Shown: positions 49,466-63,051, counted from the stretch's first letter. The stretch: DNA of 64,000 bases from Eledone cirrhosa (GCA_964016885.1 OZ024742.1:52824001-52888000), one strand, 5' to 3'. Numbers and translations are program-made. The notes: generated from the sequence alone by a model not told the origin.

Positions 49466-50096
49466 AGTGATGTGGAGGGCTTATGCATACATAATATGAA
49501 AGAGTATTGGTAAAATATTCCTATCAAAACCTCAATAACATGCAAACATAACAGACCAGAAATAGTGATATTATTTGGGACAGAAGAAAGGCACACGGTG
49601 TAGTGGAAATCAGCTGCTCGGCAGTCGTCTATATATTGCTAAAGAATAGCGAAAAGGACATCCATGCTGAACTAATGAGGAATCTGCAGATACTCCACCC
49701 TGACTGTACCTGTGATCGTTGGTGTTCTTGGATATGTTACTAATTGCTTCAGTGCAAATCTTCAGAAGTTGGGCTTCACAGGACCAAAAATATTACGGCT
49801 AGTTAGGAAGTTGCGAGTACAGTCCATTAATGGAAATAAACATATATAAAGCGTATGCACGTGTACACATAAAAATCAAACCATACACATCCAAACATAC
49901 AATAACATACATACCTGCACACATGTACACAGAAACGCATATATAAATAAGTATTTACCTCGTTATATTGTCTAAATTCCAATGAGTCTTTTTTGTATGT
50001 TAGAAACTCTCTATTGGTGAACATATTTAAAATCATGGACCCCAGTATGTTAAAGATACTTTATTTTATCGACCTCAACTGGGGGCCTTTCACTCC
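49466..50096 (+). mobile_element. 5'-truncated R4/Dong 3' fragment (RLE domain and 3'UTR)
   Basis: Homologous to about 53685-54300 (CATACATAATATGAAAGAGTA, CATAACAGACCAGA, AATCTGCAGATACTCCACCCTGA); ends at (TACA)n. Confidence 0.85.
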
Positions 50097-50246
50097 TATA
50101 CATACATACATACATACATACATACATACATACATACATACATACATACATACATACATAGATACATACATACATACATACATACATACATACATACATA
50201 CATACATACATACATACATACATACATACATACATACATACATACA
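50097..50246. repeat. (TACA)n microsatellite
   Basis: Directly visible. Confidence 0.95.
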
Positions 50247-53200
50247 GTCAACGCGATCAGTCGCATATTTTGGCATGGGAGACTATTTATTAAATTTAAG
50301 ATGAATACTATCTCAGACAGTAATGCCACAACTACAGTCATGTTGAATAACTGGTTATTCTTCTAACTATATCCACTGAAGACACCTTTTATTCGAATTC
50401 GTAGAGATATTCGACTAAATACATAATTCATTTTACAAGGATTTGCTACAAACAGCATGGCTGAACACAGCATCAACATCAACATTAAGGAAGTATCGAA
50501 CATAAACAACGAGGAAAGAAAACAACATGTATTCAGTTGTAGCTACAGAAGAAACCGAAATTATAATACGCATTTCTCTTGGAGTTGTGAACTTAATGAT
50601 GATTTATTTAATTGTTATAAAATTGCAAAAACCAATCCCTCCATTGGCTATATGAACAGAATGAAGCTACACTGGGACGAAATGCACCCAGAGCTAAATT
50701 ATATTACAGCGAAACAATTACGCCAACAAACGACGTTTGTTGGACGTAAAAATAAGATAAATATTATTAATTGTAAGACCCCCACAACAAACATGTGATC
50801 AACAACACGTGCTACAAGTCGGCATGCTTCCTAGCAGCCAGGTCGAACAGTGCCTGTAAGAAACTTGACACCACGTGTACCTTCTAAGTCTACTTCGAAT
50901 GCTGGGGAAAACACTATCGATAATTATAATAATCGAAGAAATTTGATACCACGTGTACCATCCGAGTCTACCTCGACTATTGTGGAAAATACTATCGATA
51001 ATGATAATAATCAAAAGTTTAAACAATTGAAAATTTCACCCAACGAAATCTTCCAGAGAGAAATTAATTCATATATAAATATCTCTCTTGCTGCACGTAT
51101 TAAAACGACAGTATTTTATAAAAAGAAAAAAACAAATAATGAAATATTACGTGTTATTGACGAAATAGGAGATGAATATTTACGACGGATAAAAACCCCA
51201 ACATTTTGGCAAATCAACGCCTGCTTATATGCCTTAGCAACGACTGTGAAGCATTATCTTGGTGATAGCCGAGATATTAACAACAAAACACCACCAAAAA
51301 TACCATCATATATAACTAAAATAGAAAAAAAGATTGCTGACCTACGAAAAACCATAGGATATGCGACAATGCTCCTTACATGCAAACAAACATAAAAAAA
51401 CTTCACTCCTCACCAACAAAGAATGAAAAATAAAATAGAGACGATGTTTGGTAACAGTAGAACCATAACTCTTCGATATAAGCTGATCACCTTCAAAGAA
51501 TTGAGAGCTATCAGCGAAAAAGGCCGATACCTGAAGAAGGTAGATGAAAGTAAAATGCTTAATAAAAGATTCAGACAAAACCAAACATCAGTCTATAGAG
51601 ATATGAAGGGCAAAATAATAAGTGTCACTGAGGCCCCATCCCAGAAAGACATAGATTCCTTTTGGAGAAAAATATGGGGTGAAAAGAAAAATTTCAACCA
51701 AGATGCAGTGTGGCTAAAAGAAATCCAAAAGAACTATTGCTCCTAAACTACAACAAAAACATACGAAATAAGTGAGGGTACCCTTGAGACTGTGATAGGA
51801 AAACTCCAAGATAAGAAAACACAAGGAAGAGACATGATTGTCGACTACTGGTACAAAAAACTAATATTCTATCGGAGGTATCTTACCGACCTCTACCAGC
51901 AAGTTCTTAGGGGAGCTACATTTATACCAGAATGGTTGACATTAGCACAAACATTACTAGTCCCCAAGAACAAAGACACCCACTTGACAAAAAACTACCG
52001 AACCATTGCATGCCAGAACCTGATGTATAAGATGTATACAGCCTGGCTGAATCTATTCCTCCAGGATCACTATGAAAATAATAACATCATCACAGATGAA
52101 CAAGCAGCTGGAAAGAAAGGGGCTTGGGGATGAGCTGAACAACTCCTAATCAACAAAACTGCGATGCCTGCCGGAGGTGTGACAACTTAGGAGGAATATG
52201 ACTACAGTCTGGCTGGACTACATGAAAGCTTTCGATTCTGTTCCCACTCTTGGATGATAGAGGCCCTCCGACTTGCTAAAGTACCAGACATTATTATCAT
52301 AGCCATAAAAAAGCTGTCTTCTTCTTGGGCTACTATCCTAAGGTTAAAGACAGAGAAGGAGGACTCTATATTCACTGATAAAATAAAATATCGCAGGGGT
52401 ATATTTCAGGGAGACAGTCTTTCTGTGATATTATTTATCCTGTCATTAAACCCCTTGTTCTTTCTGCTCAAAGAATGTGAAGGATACATCATTAGCTCAC
52501 AGGAGGACAGAAATACGAACCTAACCCATAATTTCTTTGTGGATGATCTGAAACACTATGCCAAGAACATGGATGGGATGAAGAAAAATCTTGACCTGGT
52601 TACAACGTTCTCAAAGGATATAGGCATGGAGTTTGGCCAAGATATATGCTCATATATGACTGTAAAGCGGGGAAGAACAACAACCCAATCTAGCAGCATT
52701 GTCATCAATGGCCTAACTGTTTCACCGATATTTGATGAAGACTGCTACAGATACCTGGGGAAAGATGAGAACATATCCTATAATGGTATCTGTAATAAGG
52801 AACGCTTAACCAGGGAATACTACACCTGATTAAGGAATATTTGGTCATTGGAACTCTCTGCACAAAACAGAACAGTGGCTCACAATGTGTTTGCTGTGCC
52901 TGTCCTAACACCAACGTTTGGAATACTCAATTGGACGATAGACGAAATCCGAGCAGTTGATGTTAGAACTCGAAAAATACTAAACAACACTGGAAACTTC
53001 CGCATCAACAGTGACATAGACCGCCTTTACTTGAAACGTAAGCAGGGAGGCAGAGGCCTAACATCAGTTCAGACAGCATTTGAATGTCGTATCATATCTC
53101 TCCGACGACATCTACGAACCTCGAAGCGTAGGAGCCCATCTTTCGAGCAAGTCTATCTGCATGAAACAGATAAGATCATGAGAGTTGGGAAGGAACTCCT

Positions 53201-54322
53201 CGAGAGATATTCCCTGTGTGATAATCAAAGACTCACACTCGGGGAAGTCGCTCAGCAGTATCGCATTGAATCCATAGATGAAAAACTGCATGCTTATCAG
53301 CAAAATATCATACACGGATATGTTGCCAGGAAGCTGTGGCCAGAGTGAGGTTAATATAGATAAACAAAGTAGTCTATCTTGGACCTACAACCTCTATATT
53401 GGCTCCCACTTTGAAGGATACGCTTTTACAATCCAAGAACAGGAGATTAACACGAAATACCTGATTCACAAAAGAAATAGGGATGCAGACAAAACACCTA
53501 GATGTGATAACAAGTGCAGACTCTGCAGAATTAACATCGAAGATGTCATCCATGTCATAAGCAGCTGTCAAAAGATGTCATCAGGGTACTATCTGCCTAT
53601 GAGTCATGATGTAGTGGCCAAAACACTGTACAATGCAATCCGTAGAAAAGATAGCCCCTATAATAAACACATTAAAAGCTACAGCAATGTGGAAGAGATA
53701 CATATACATAATATGAAAGAGTACTGGTAGAATGTTCCAGTAAAAACCCCAATAAAATGCAGGCATAACAGACCAGATATTATAATATGGGACTGGGAAA
53801 AGAAGGCATGCGCAGTAGTGGAAGTTAGCTGCCCAGCAGATGCCAATATAATATCAAAGATTAGCGAAAAGGAGAATATTTATGCAGAATTGATGAGAAA
53901 TCTGCAGATACTCCACCCTGATTATACCTTCAGATTTATGCCTGTGATTATTGGGGCACTGGGATATGTTAGTAACTACCTCAAATCTTGAGAAGCTGGG
54001 CTTCACAGGAACAGAAAGAACACAACTAGTTAGGAAATTACACGTACAATCCATTAATGGAACAGTAAAAATATGTAAAACATTCCAAAAATGTTGCATC
54101 TAATAACTGAATATACACATGTACAGATACAAAGCATATACACATGCACACATACAACTCAAAACATACACACCCACACTTACAATAACATCCATATCTA
54201 CACATGCATGCATGCAGACATGCAGACATATCTACCTAGTTGATGTTGTGTAAATTCTAATGAGGGAGTCTTGTGTCTCTCTCTCTATTGGCAAAAATTT
54301 GTGAAATTTTAAAACCAGAAGA
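50247..54322 (+). mobile_element. Near-full-length degenerate R4/Dong-clade non-LTR retrotransposon (RT plus restriction-like endonuclease)
   Basis: Motifs NYRTIACQNLMYK, AFDSV, GIFQGDSLS, FVDDLK, RYLG, DRLYLKRKQGGRGL, CRLC...HVISSC, HDVVA and RPDIIIWD...VVEVSCP. No APE domain. (TACA)n on both sides; many stops. Confidence 0.9.
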
Positions 54323-54432
54323 ACATACATACATACACACATACATACATACATACATACATACATACATACATACATACATACATACATACATACATAC
54401 ATACATACATACATACATACATACATACATAC
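54323..54432. repeat. (TACA)n microsatellite, probably the RTE tail
   Basis: Directly visible; abuts both the Dong 3' end and the RTE 3' end. Confidence 0.9.
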
Positions 54433-54543
54433 ATGATGATGGCTGCCCCCTCGTTATCGAGTATGGCCATTGCACGAGGAGAAAAAAAAATAATAATAAT
54501 AATGATAATAAATAAATAAAAAATAAAATTAAAATAAAAATAA

Positions 54544-54587
<44 letters not shown>

Positions 54588-54769
54588 CATATATACACAC
54601 ACACACATATACACACACACATATACATTAATAACAATAATAATAATAATAATAATAATAACAACAATAATAATAACGACAACAACAATAATAATATACA
54701 TATACATATATATATACACATACAAGCACACACATAAACATATCTATACACACACACACACGATAGCAA

Positions 54770-57700
54770 CTAACAGCGCTGCGATCGAATGTGGCTTTTT
54801 AGCCCAGCCAATGATCTAAAATGTCTTGCACAGAGTCGGCAACCAAAACATTCACTGGGAATAGTCAGCTGTGGTTGGAGTTCGTGTACTTTTGCATGTC
54901 GCTTGAGCCCTCCTGCTGATTTACATTCTCTACCACATGTTTGGCAAGCATGATGAGTAGGATCTCCAACAGCAGCCTGGTAGTCAACCACTGGTCTTAC
55001 TTTATGACTGCAAAGATGACTTTCGAGTCCAGCTTTGCTTAGGCAGAGTCTCGCACAGACGCTGCATGTCAGCACCATAGGAGGACACTCGCCGTCTGGA
55101 AGTACAACAGCAATGCTCTTCCTCACATCCCGCTTTACTTTCTCGTATGCGATTCGAGATGCCTCAAAGTCAACTTTTCCCTCATATACAGTCTTTCTCC
55201 ATTTATTACGATCAGCAGCAATATTTCCCATGTATCAGCAGAGATGTTAGCGTCTTTCAGAGAGGCTTTCAAGAAATCCTTATACCTCTTTTTTGGTTTA
55301 TGTAGCGGTCGTTTTCCTTTAACCAACTCTCCATAAAAGAGTTGTTTTGGTATTCTAGAATCCTTCATCCTGGCAAGGTGACCACTCCAACGGAGTCGTT
55401 GCTTAAGCACAAGAGCTTCTATACTCTCACACATAGAGCTTTCCAAAATCTCGACATCACTGATGTGGTCCCTCCAGTGAACGCCATGGATCCGTCTGAG
55501 ACACATCTGATGGAAACGCTCCAATTGCTTAAGGTGGTGTCGATATGTGACCCAGGTCTCGCAGGCATAAAGAAGACAAGAGAGCACACATGCCCTGTAC
55601 ACCTTTACCTTTGTCCTCCTGCATATGTCTCGCCGACCCCAGAGTCGCCTTTCTAGATTTCCGAAAGCATCACTTGCTTTCCTAATCCTAAGTGAGATTT
55701 CACTGTCAAGGTTGCCGTATCGATTGACAGTGCTTCCCAGGTAGACAAACTGATCAACCACTCCAAGTCGTTTACCATACACATAGATATTTGGTTCAGT
55801 GTACTGCTTACCAGGGGCAGGTTTGTACATGACGACGGTTTTCTTGAGACTGACAGTCAATCCTAGGGCAGTGCAAGCGTCAGAAAATGCATTCAAAATG
55901 TGCTGCATATCACTCTCTGTGTGCGCTACAAGATCGCAATCATCTGCATACAAGAGGTCTCTTATGATTGATGTAAATACTTTTGTCTTTGCATCAAAGC
56001 GCCTGATGTTAAATATGCTGCCTGAGGTTCGATATCGGATGTAAACACCATGCTCGCAATTCCTGAATGCAATACAGAAAACCATTGCAACGTATATGGC
56101 AAACAGGGTCGCTGCTGGAATATCCCCCTGTTTCACTCCATTTTTTACTGAGATAGGCTCCGACATGTTACCTCCGACATTAACCCAAGCCTTCATGTCG
56201 TCATGGAAAGACCTAACTAAAGCAAGGAACTTATCAGGGCAACCAAGTTTCTGGAGAACCTTCCATAATGCATCTCTGTTAACAGTATCGAAAGCTTTTG
56301 TCAGATCGACAAAAACCTGATACAGATCCAAGCCTTGTTCCATGCACTTCTCCTGGAGCTGTCTAGCTGAGAAGATCATATCAATAGTGCCGCGTCCAGC
56401 ACGAAAACCAGATTGACTTTCAGGAAGAACACAATCTGCAATGTGTGTCAGCAGACGGTCCAGAAGCACCCTACATAAAACTTTCCCTACGACAGAAAGC
56501 AATGATATACCTCTGTAGTTCCCACAATCGTTCCTGTTACCCTTTCCCTTGTACAAGACCACCATTACTGCATCTCTCCAGTCCTCAGGTACGGATTCAT
56601 TAGCCCATATCCTGCCAAATAAAGAGTGAAGATGTTGCAGGAGTCTCTCACCACCATATTGTAGGAGCTCAGCATGTATGCCATCCATACCTGGAGATCT
56701 TTTACTGTTCAGCTTCGAAATAGCCACTGCAACCTCCACAAGCGTCGGAGGTTCTGCGAGAGCTACTTTCACAGGACTTTCTGGAATGAGATTGAGGAAA
56801 TCTTCACTGACGACAGACGGCTGATTCAAAAGATCATCAAAGTGCTCTCGCCACCTTCGTAGAATTCATTGTGAGTCACGAAGAAGTTCTTTGCCATCTT
56901 TGCTGCGAAGCGGTGTCACCAGAGAAGAAGATGGTCCATAAACCTTACGCAAGAGACTGTACAACAGCTTTGTGTTATTGGAGTCTGACGCAGTTTGTAT
57001 CTCACCAGCCTTCTCACTCCACCACTGATCCTTCATCTGAGAAAGACTCCGCCTAACACGTGATTTTACATCCTTGAGTTCCTCATGCAACGTATTCCTC
57101 TCCTGTGGTTTTGCCGTCAAGTAGCGTGACAGAGCACGCCTCTTATCAGCCAACAAGTATTCTATATGTACATCATTCTCATTAAACCAGTCCTGATGTT
57201 TTCTCTGCACCAATCCCAGAACACGCCTGCCTACATCATAAACCGACTTTTTAAGGGTCGGCCAATCCTCACCAAGATCTGCAGCCTGCATCTCTTCTTC
57301 CAATGTCCTCTTCACATTTTTATCCTTAAGACGAGCAGCATTCAATCTTTTGGGCAGGGCAACACCAGGAGCCCGGATTTTACGTTTAGTGATTCGTTTC
57401 ACTTTTGCGCGTACCAGGCGGTGGTCCGTCCAGCACTCAGTTCTACGAAGAGCACGAACACACTGCACATCCTGTCTGTCACGCATCCTGACTAGGACGT
57501 AGTCCAAAAGATGCCATTCCTTAGATGCAGGATGCATCCATGTGGTCTTGAATTTGTTCTTTTGTTGGAACATGGTGTTGGTAACACACAGATCCAGCTC
57601 CTCACACATCTGCATCAGGAGCATACCATTGTTGTTACACTTTCCCACCCCATGCCTTCTGATTACATTCCATGTGTTAAAATCCCTATCCACTCTAGCA

Positions 57701-58320
57701 TTAAAGTAACCAAGCACGATGACTTTGTCTGCCTGAGGGATATTTCTTAAAACACCTTTCAAGGCATGGTAAAAGGACAGTTTTTCTTCATCGACAGAAT
57801 TCATAGTTGGAGCATACACACTCACCAGGGTCGCATATCTTCCTTTGTCCAGCGGAATTCTCATGGACATAAGACGCTCACTAATCCCTACTGGGAATTC
57901 TTCTAATGTATTCACAAGAACAGTCTTAACAGCAAATCCTACCCCAGCCTCTCTTCTGGTTCCTTCATCTCTTCCTTTCCAGAAGAATGTATATTCTGCA
58001 CAAAATTCTGTAAGATGACCATCTCCAGCTAACCTCGTCTCAGATAAAGCCACGATGTCAAGATCGTAACGTCGAAGCTCCTTTGCAACAAGAGCGGTCC
58101 TTCGTTCAGGACGCTCCAAGGAATCCCTGTCAAGCAGCGTCCGTACGTTCCAGCAGCCAAGACTAAATGCCTTGTTTGGCTCTATTACAATGGCACGATG
58201 ACGAGCGGGCCCAGGCTGTGATAACCTGGGGCCCCTGCCCTTATTGCCAATTATCTTTTTTGTTCCAGAACCTAAATTGCCAATTATCTCTTTTATATTG
58301 TTCTGGAACATCATTGAATT
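54770..58320 (-). pseudogene. RTE ORF: APE endonuclease, RT and three C2H2 zinc fingers, broken into three frames
   Basis: WNVRTL, SETRL, YAPT, DYVL, TDH; NYRGISLLS, DLTKAFD, GVKQG, YADD, YLG; CSVC..H, CQTC..H, CRLC..H. Breaks near 56860 and 55230. Confidence 0.9.
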
Positions 58321-58364
58321 GGAAAAAAAAAAAAGTAATAATAATAGTAACAATAATAATAATA

Positions 58365-58475
58365 ATTGTTTCTACTTTTGGCACAAGGCCAGCAATTACC
58401 AATGCATTACTGGTACTTTATTCTATCGACCCCGGAAGAATGAAAGGCAAAGTTAACCTCGGCGGGATTTGAACA
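58365..58475 (-). mobile_element. tRNA-SINE inserted in the RTE 5' region
   Basis: GGCACAAGGCCAGCAA...TATCGACCCCGGAAGAATGAAAGGCAAAGTTAACCTCGGCGGGATTTGAAC, flanked by (AAT)n. Confidence 0.8.
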
Positions 58476-59019
58476 ATAATAATAATAATAATAGTACACT
58501 ATTAATAATTATTAATGCACTCGTGCAATGCCTGTGCGTGACGAATATTTTTAAAGTGGGGAAAGACTGTGCACTGAGCCAATCCCACTCTCTGAGCGAC
58601 AGTAGCTATAACCCGAAAAGAAGAAAAGATCAACATCATCGGTAACTACTGAGCCGCAGGTTTTATGTCGGAGTTAACCCAGTTCCTGAGATGCCTTCTC
58701 CTAGCAGAATGCCCTGACAAGGGCTAGGGGTTCTTCACTCCCATTGGTTTAACTGCGCGATCGGGCATCCAGCCCGATTATTTCTATGTCCCCGCGCAAA
58801 ATAAAAAACAAAAAAAAAACTCACTTATTGACACTTATACGTACGACATACACACACACGCATACATATGCGCGCACACAGCAACACTCATACATACAAC
58901 AAACACACACGCTACTCTACTCACTTACACGCACACACACACATATATATATATATATTACCGTCATTACTGATACAAGATTACAAGATTATGTCAACTG
59001 TTGACTTTCAAGAGTTTGT

Positions 59020-59200
59020 ATAGTTGAAGCCGATCGTATTACAGTCCAGTATTACTATAATTGCTTTACAGCATAGAGTTATGGCTCTCCGCGCTCTGAG
59101 CTTAAATCCCGCCGAGGTCAACCTTTCCTTTCATCCCCACGGAGTCAACAAAAGAGAGTATCAGTGATCCGCTGGACCAGTCGCTGGATCCGTGCCAAAA
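59020..59200 (+). mobile_element. tRNA-SINE copy
   Basis: CTGAGCTTAAATCCCGCCGAGGTCAACCTTTCCTTTCATCC. Confidence 0.7.
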
Positions 59201-59870
59201 GCAGAAAAATTATTATTAAAGTTGTTTTCTTAAGGCCCGGTCGCTGGTGATGGTGATGGCAGCGGTGGTGGCGGTGGTGGTGGTGGCAGTTGATGTTGTT
59301 GTTGTGTTGTGTGCGTGTGTGTGTGTGTTTTGTTATTTTGAGTTTTTTTGTTTGTGATTTTTTTTTTGGGGGGGGGGGGGGGGGTTTACTTTTGATGCTG
59401 CTGTTGTAAATGTTCATTTCAATTCATTCTGAAGCTGTTGTTGCTGTAAACATTAGTGCCGGTGTTGTTGTTGTAGATGTTGGGGTTGAAATCTGGTACA
59501 TACATACATACATACATACATACATACATACATACATACATACATACATACATACATACATACAATCCAATACAAGAAATACATACCAAGTTAGATCCTC
59601 TACTTGGTCACTGAATATATATAATTAAGCAGACCTATACTCTAAGACATTGAGTCATGACTATTCTGTCCTTTCAAAAATAGTTTTATATTTGATAAGA
59701 TTCACCTTTATAACTTTCCTTTCTTTTAAAGACAGTAGGAGGATTTGATATAGATTTTGTAGCTACTTTTAGCAGATCAAGCGAATACATAAGGACACTC
59801 TCAGTTATCATATGACAATGAAATGAAAGACAGAGAAACAAATTTAGACAACAGTATATTGGTCACATAC

Positions 59871-60117
59871 TTTATAAATATATAAGTAATTAATTTTAAA
59901 GGAGTTGCTTATCGCACTGTGACGTTAAGTTTACGCTTATTCTCAAGATAGTAAACTGTTTTTCAAATGTCATTAACGATACTGGTGAAGACATTAAACA
60001 TCACGGTACTAGAATTCTTAACAGTCTTTGTTTCTGTAAATCCGAGATGAAATATTTTGTATGTAATCACTCATATGATATCACTGATGGCAATGTATCT
60101 ACTTCTGTAAGATATTA
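59871..60117 (-). pseudogene. Candidate degenerate exon with SEA-domain-like pattern (3 in-frame stops)
   Basis: Acceptor CTTTTTTTCTTTAG and donor AA|GTATGT. Reads DII*VITYKIFHLGFTETKTVKNSSTVMFNVFTSIVNDI*KTVY...LNVTVR. SEA resemblance judged by eye only. Confidence 0.3.
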
Positions 60118-60419
60118 CTAAAGAAAAAAAGCATTTTCTATTTAAAACAAGTCTGACAGCAGACACGGAAGACATATAAAACAGAGATTTGAGTAGTTAG
60201 TGGGAGTACACAAGTTAGTGTTTGTATTGCTGGTGGTGGTGGTTTATACTGTGTGATCCTCGATCGACCTGGTTTTGCTTTATATGAATCGATATGTGAT
60301 TTTAGGCAAATTTAGTTGCTATTTCTAGCAATTATTAGTTTGTGTTTTCTTTGTTTACTCTCTTGGTATTTTTTGCATGCTAAGGAAGAGAATTTGCAGA
60401 TACTTTAGGATACAGGGTT

Positions 60420-60540
60420 TAAAATATACCAGTATTTGTTCCGCTCACTTCACTCTGAGTTCAAATACCACGGATGCCAACTATTCTTTTCATTCTTTCA
60501 AAGTCGATAAGTAAAGTGCCAGTCAAGTACTGAGGTCGAT
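60420..60540 (+). mobile_element. tRNA-SINE copy
   Basis: CTGAGTTCAAATACC...TTTCATTCTTTCAAAGTCGATAAGTAAAGTGCCAG. Confidence 0.65.
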
Positions 60541-60949
60541 TCTTCCTCTTTCTTTCTTTCTCATTTTCTTTCTTTCTCTTTCTTTCTCGCTTTCTTTCTT
60601 TGAAAGAAATTCGTCGCGTTCCACCTGGAGAAGGATGAACTCCACCATCTGTAAAATGCTTGAAATACTCCAAATATCAGGAAATGTGAACTTGTCAGGA
60701 CTTAAGGACTCTCTTATCTTCTGCCTGTATTCATTGTCGTATCTCTAACCGCATTCACATTAAATTTTAATTATATATTTGTAATTGTAATTTAGGTTTA
60801 CTTTAGCCATTCGAAAGATATAATTAATTTAACTATTAATATGATTACTCAGACTCTCTCTCTCTATCTATCTATCTCTTTCTCTCTCTCTCTCTCTCTC
60901 TCACTCTCTCTCTCTCTCTCTCCCTCTCTCCCTCTCTCCCTGACACCAC

Positions 60950-61630
60950 CGCGTTTCATCTTCTTCTGAACATCAACATGGGGAGTTGCTCTTAGGAGAC
61001 TGTGGTCTGTTCAAAAACTCTGCCCCTCTAATACAACAGTTAGATCTCACATCCCGCAAATCGTTACGTCTCACAAACCCGTAATCAATAATATGTCAAT
61101 GACTTGAACGTAGGTACATCCAGATCCCCTTGTACTTGTTCTTCTATTTGAACCATGTGTTTCCTAATACACGATCGAATTCCTGGCACATATGTAACGG
61201 AAGAAGTCCATTGCTATTTCACTTTTCCATTCTATGCTGCGTCCAACACAAGCATTCAAATCAATCAACACTAGAAATATGTCATGCCTATTTACGTTTT
61301 TCAAGACTGTACACATTGACCAAAGTCATATAACGATTCAAGTGAACCAGCAACCCTGATGTCATAATCCGATTGGAGACACCATGCCAAAGCTCCGTCA
61401 GATGTTGCACCAGGGAGATTCTTCAGGTTTTCTACCAGAGTTTCCCTCTCCTAGTAAGCTTTTGGATGGCCATTGACTTATTTGAGTTCCTTTGTCCGTT
61501 CACGGTTTTTTTTTCTTCCCGCAGGATGTCCAAAACTGCTCATAAAGTTAGCTTGTTGGGGTTGCCAATTTAGTCACCAAGGATCCCACAATGAAATAGG
61601 TTACCAACAGCGCTCGAGAAGGACCTGACA
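60950..61630 (-). mobile_element. Degenerate RTE 5' fragment (5'UTR plus endonuclease)
   Basis: Minus strand reads NSNGLLPLHMCQEFDRVLGNTWFK..HIIDYGFVRR, similar to the RTE endonuclease; 61395-61630 matches the RTE 5'UTR. Confidence 0.7.
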
Positions 61631-61642
61631 TAATATACATAC

Positions 61643-61721
<79 letters not shown>

Positions 61722-61724
<3 letters not shown>

Positions 61725-62155
61725 GGTGGTGGCAAATTCTGCTAAGAGTTTTGCAATCGCTTGTCAGATTATAGAGTTAGATGCACCTTTAGGCTACAGC
61801 CAGCCACACGAACCTGTAACAGATTCTGAACAAGCAATGTCTGTGCTTTGAATGTTTTTTAAGTGGTGAAAGGCCTTGCACTCGACCAATCCCACTCTCT
61901 GAGCATCGAAAACACCACCCGATAAGGAGAACTGGTCAACATCATCGGATGCTTCCGAAGCCGCAGGACGCTCTCGAGTGCTACTGGTAACATGTAACCC
62001 AGTACAACCCGTCTCATGGTCGGGTCGTCGGCAACTAAACCGGCAACCCCACCAAGCTTGCTTAGTGAGGAGGGTGATATTTGGACAACCTGCGGGATGA
62101 AATACAAACTCGGCAAAGGGTGGAGAACTCAGCAAAGTCAACGGCCATCCAAATA
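61722..62155 (-). mobile_element. Short RTE derivative with an inverted 5' part
   Basis: 61860-61968 is collinear with 25545-25645, while 61980-62150 is the reverse complement of about 25718-25890. Confidence 0.7.
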
Positions 62156-62321
62156 GTGTTTTGTTTTTTTTTTGTCACCTGGGAGTGAAAGGTCCCCAGT
62201 TGTTGCCATAACACCTTTCTAAGAGAGGGAAACTCTGATATATACCTATACATACATAACTATGATTACTTCCAAATGAAACAGTTCTAGTCCTGTAGAA
62301 GTCATCTCTATAATATAATGA

Positions 62322-62354
<33 letters not shown>

Positions 62355-62843
62355 CGCGCGTGTATGTATATATATAATTGTAATTATGGAACGAAGCTTA
62401 TCAAATAGAGTGACACAGCTTCGGTTGATTTCTAACTCACTCAATAATTTAATTAAGTCCGAATTATAAAAACTCGAACCGATTGGAATGTACACTTAAA
62501 CGTTAATCAGTGAGGAAGACGATTTCGTGTGTGTAGGAAGTTTGAGTTACCCGGACCAATGTACCGGTTTTTTACGATTCCGATCTGCCGGTGGTGGTCT
62601 GAATGGTGTAGAAAAGGGTAAGGTTAGCATACATTACGTAAATTAGCAGAAACTGTGACGTCAGCGGGAGTTTGATTCCCTGACTGGAAAGTTCCATATG
62701 GCTACCTAGTACATCAGGTTGCTGGTCACAAGTGATATAACAGTAACACTCAACTTACTGTGACATATATCTATATCTATATCTATATACGGCGATGAAT
62801 TTGTTTTGCAAGGCTTTTGATATGAAATCGTGTGTCGAAACAA

Positions 62844-62972
62844 ATATTGTTAAACTTGGGGAGGGTCATATTGTTATAATATTGCCATAAATAATAACAG
62901 AACACACTCACAGTGCGTGTATTCTGTCCTTATTTCTGGCAATATTATAACAATATGACCCTCCCCAAGTAT

Positions 62973-62980
<8 letters not shown>
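62844..62980. repeat. Near-perfect 137-bp hairpin (MITE-like)
   Basis: ATATTGTTAAACTTGGGGAGGGTCATATTGTTATAATATTGCCA pairs with TGGCAATATTATAACAATATGACCCTCCCCAAGTATAACAATAT; abuts (TA)n. Confidence 0.9.
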
Positions 62981-63016
<36 letters not shown>

Positions 63017-63051
63017 GTGTAGTGAAACAGTATACACAATAAAAAAATAAC

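Larger units (their letters stand above)
54432..58785 (-). mobile_element. Near-full-length RTE-clade LINE
   Basis: Single-ORF APE-RT layout, 5'UTR at about 58520-58785 (separated from the ORF by a SINE) and 3' end GGCAGCCATCATCAT-(GTAT)n. Confidence 0.92.
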
